Positions 62,052 to 64,000 of a stretch of 64,000 nt of DNA are shown piece after piece; within the stretch, counting starts at the first letter, position 1, and each line of letters opens with the position of its first letter. The notes below the pieces were generated by a model that was given only the letters and a program-made list of their open reading frames with translations, searched no databases and was not told where the DNA came from. A program made the position numbers and the translations under genes. The stretch lies in the NCBI GenBank assembly GCA_030390025.1, contig CM059449.1, forward strand, positions 33,170,001-33,234,000, given 5' to 3'. The stretch is from Squalus acanthias. Lineage: Eukaryota.

Positions 62052-63912
62052 CTAGGACATAATACAAAAAAATCATTGCCGTATCAAATATCAGAAATGT
62101 CAGTTTGCTAAAGAAATAGGGACAAAATAATGTATTCAGAAAAATGCGAGAAAACTGAATATTTTGCCATCGCTCCCGTGTTAAACTATTGCAGAGAAGG
62201 CAAAATGACCCTTAATATTAAATCTTATCCTTTACAAGAATATTCCCATTTTCGAAATAAATGAAAAATGTGATGGTTCGAATAAATTACATCAGCTCAG
62301 CTCATTTGTAAATCGTAACTTTAAGATTTTAGTCCCACGTCTGACCTGGGGATTCTTTGGTGAATTAGTGAGGAAGTGCACCCAGAATTATGGTACTAAA
62401 CCATGCAGAATCCAGCCCTGGTGCGTGCGCAGTGATCTGCTCCCTGCCCGCTACTTGTAGCGACATTAAAATTGGCCTCAGATTTACTGAGCAAAAGAGG
62501 GGAAAAAGCAGCTTGAATATATGCAAATTGGGGTTAAAGGAAGTTATCAAGTCCTTAACAACATTTTCCTCTCTGCCCACATTGTTACCGCCAGTTTCTG
62601 ATCATGCCAGCAAAGTGGAACCAATCGGGAGGCAGATATTAAAGGAATCCTCAGTTGGTCTCAAATAAAATGCTGGAATATTTGGGAGATATGTTTCTTC
62701 TATTATGTTGTGGGATTTCACTACTTAATCCATTTACAATGCTTGTACTGGCTGCTGAATATTTTGAACTGTTAATGGTCTTCTGGTAATTCCACTCTGG
62801 CATGTAGTGAAGGGTCTGTTGTGATTGGAGGAGAGCCATGGGAAATGGGGAGGAAAGGATTAGTAGTGCAGCGGCTACTCTCAGGCGGTGCGAGGCTGTA
62901 CAGACCGAAAGAGAGATGTGAAGCCGAGTCTGACCTTGGCAGTCCTGGTAAGGTCATTAAGATTCTTCCTGCAATGCAGACAGATTCATGGGGAAATGGA
63001 GTATAAATGTGTCTTGGGCGGCATAGCAGAATGGGCGATAGCGAATCAACAGCCAACTTGGCCCGCCGTCTGAATTTGTATTGGATTGAAGTCAATGGAA
63101 AAGAGAATTGGGCGATAGATCAAAACAGGCTGTCAATTGTCATCAGCCGCTTCCGGATACCAAGCACTTTATACCCAATGTTGCTGCCATTGGCTTGCTC
63201 ATCCACCTCTCGCCATTACTGCTGACTAATTTGACGGACCTATCGTTACACATTAGAGGAGACGAGGTTCTCAATACCGGTGGTAATTTGCTCTACAAGC
63301 GCTTCCACCGCTGCCCAGAGAATCGGAGGACACCTGACCATGTCATGCAATCTGCTGCTCCAATAAGTCGCTCTCCATTAACCATCCTTGAAAAGTGAAC
63401 TTTCCCTTTAAGGGACTGGAGACTGCCTTTAAATCAAAAGGCCTTGGCGCTCATTTCCTGTAAATGAAGCCGGGTCACGAAAATTATACTGTCCCCACCA
63501 ACTTTATCTTTCGCATGGGCGGACAATAGCTTGCCCTCCCACCAGAACTATCCCGGAATCTCCAGGAATTAGAGATTAATCTCCTGGACACAGCTGCGAG
63601 AAACTCGGGAAAAAGATAACAGCAACAGCACAACAATCACAATTATAACAATATTGGAGCTGGGGACAAAAGGCGGGTTGACTGGGCTGGAGGTCATGTG
63701 ATGAAAGCTCCTGGAATGAGTCCAACCAGAGTTGGCAACACGTCGGTCTGAATCACCGCACAAATCCCCATCTATGATTGAGGAACATTACTTCAGACCT
63801 GCAGTAAATCACCGGCACCTTTCTTAAGCGTCCAGCGCCACACGAGCCCCTATCGTCACCTCACCATGTTAACCAACACAGGAGCTCCCCCAGGGCATCC
63901 GCAAGGTTCGAA

Positions 63913-64000
63913 GCAGTCAGTGTAACCCGGGCTAAGCAAGAGGGCAGTCGGTTTATACGGGACTAAATAAGAGGGCAGTCGTTGTAACCCAGACGAAACA
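63913..64000. repeat. Start of a tandem repeat of about 31 bp (GCAGTCGGTGTAACCCGGGCTAAATAAGAGG-like)
   Basis: About 3 diverged copies running off the window end. Confidence 0.6.

Noticed and set aside
63569-63763. Hydrophobic ORF as the class I leader exon
   Set aside because: Lies inside a GTTGCCAAC-ended MITE-like sequence, with no suitable ATG or phase-1 donor. The leader is probably outside the window.

Overview
Eukaryotic, repeat-rich vertebrate DNA. The CR1 families, DeuSINE, Penelope and Harbinger content, the GPR139-like paralogues and the class I sequence point to a cartilaginous fish (inference). From left to right: (1) a 5.15 kb satellite array of a 46-bp unit; (2) nested CR1 LINEs; (3) an intact two-exon GPR139/GPR142-like class A GPCR (10485-12818, +, about 324 aa); (4) a nest of CR1 and Penelope elements carrying minimal hammerhead-ribozyme motifs; (5) a TRIM (coiled-coil plus B30.2) pseudogene (24743-31290); (6) a second GPCR paralogue whose promoter and exon 1 lie on the minus strand between two inverted copies of one MITE, while an orphan, broken exon 2 lies on the plus strand 7 kb away; (7) an 800-bp Penelope fold-back; (8) a transposase-deleted Harbinger that keeps its Myb/SANT gene; (9) a non-classical MHC class I heavy-chain gene on the minus strand (alpha1, alpha2, alpha3, TM and a probable tail exon; leader not found). 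I cannot demonstrate a wholly new biological system. The best leads are the MITE-flanked inverted GPCR promoter/exon 1, the class I molecule with a remodelled hydrophobic groove, and the paired hammerhead motifs. All family assignments come from motif recognition by eye, not database searches.
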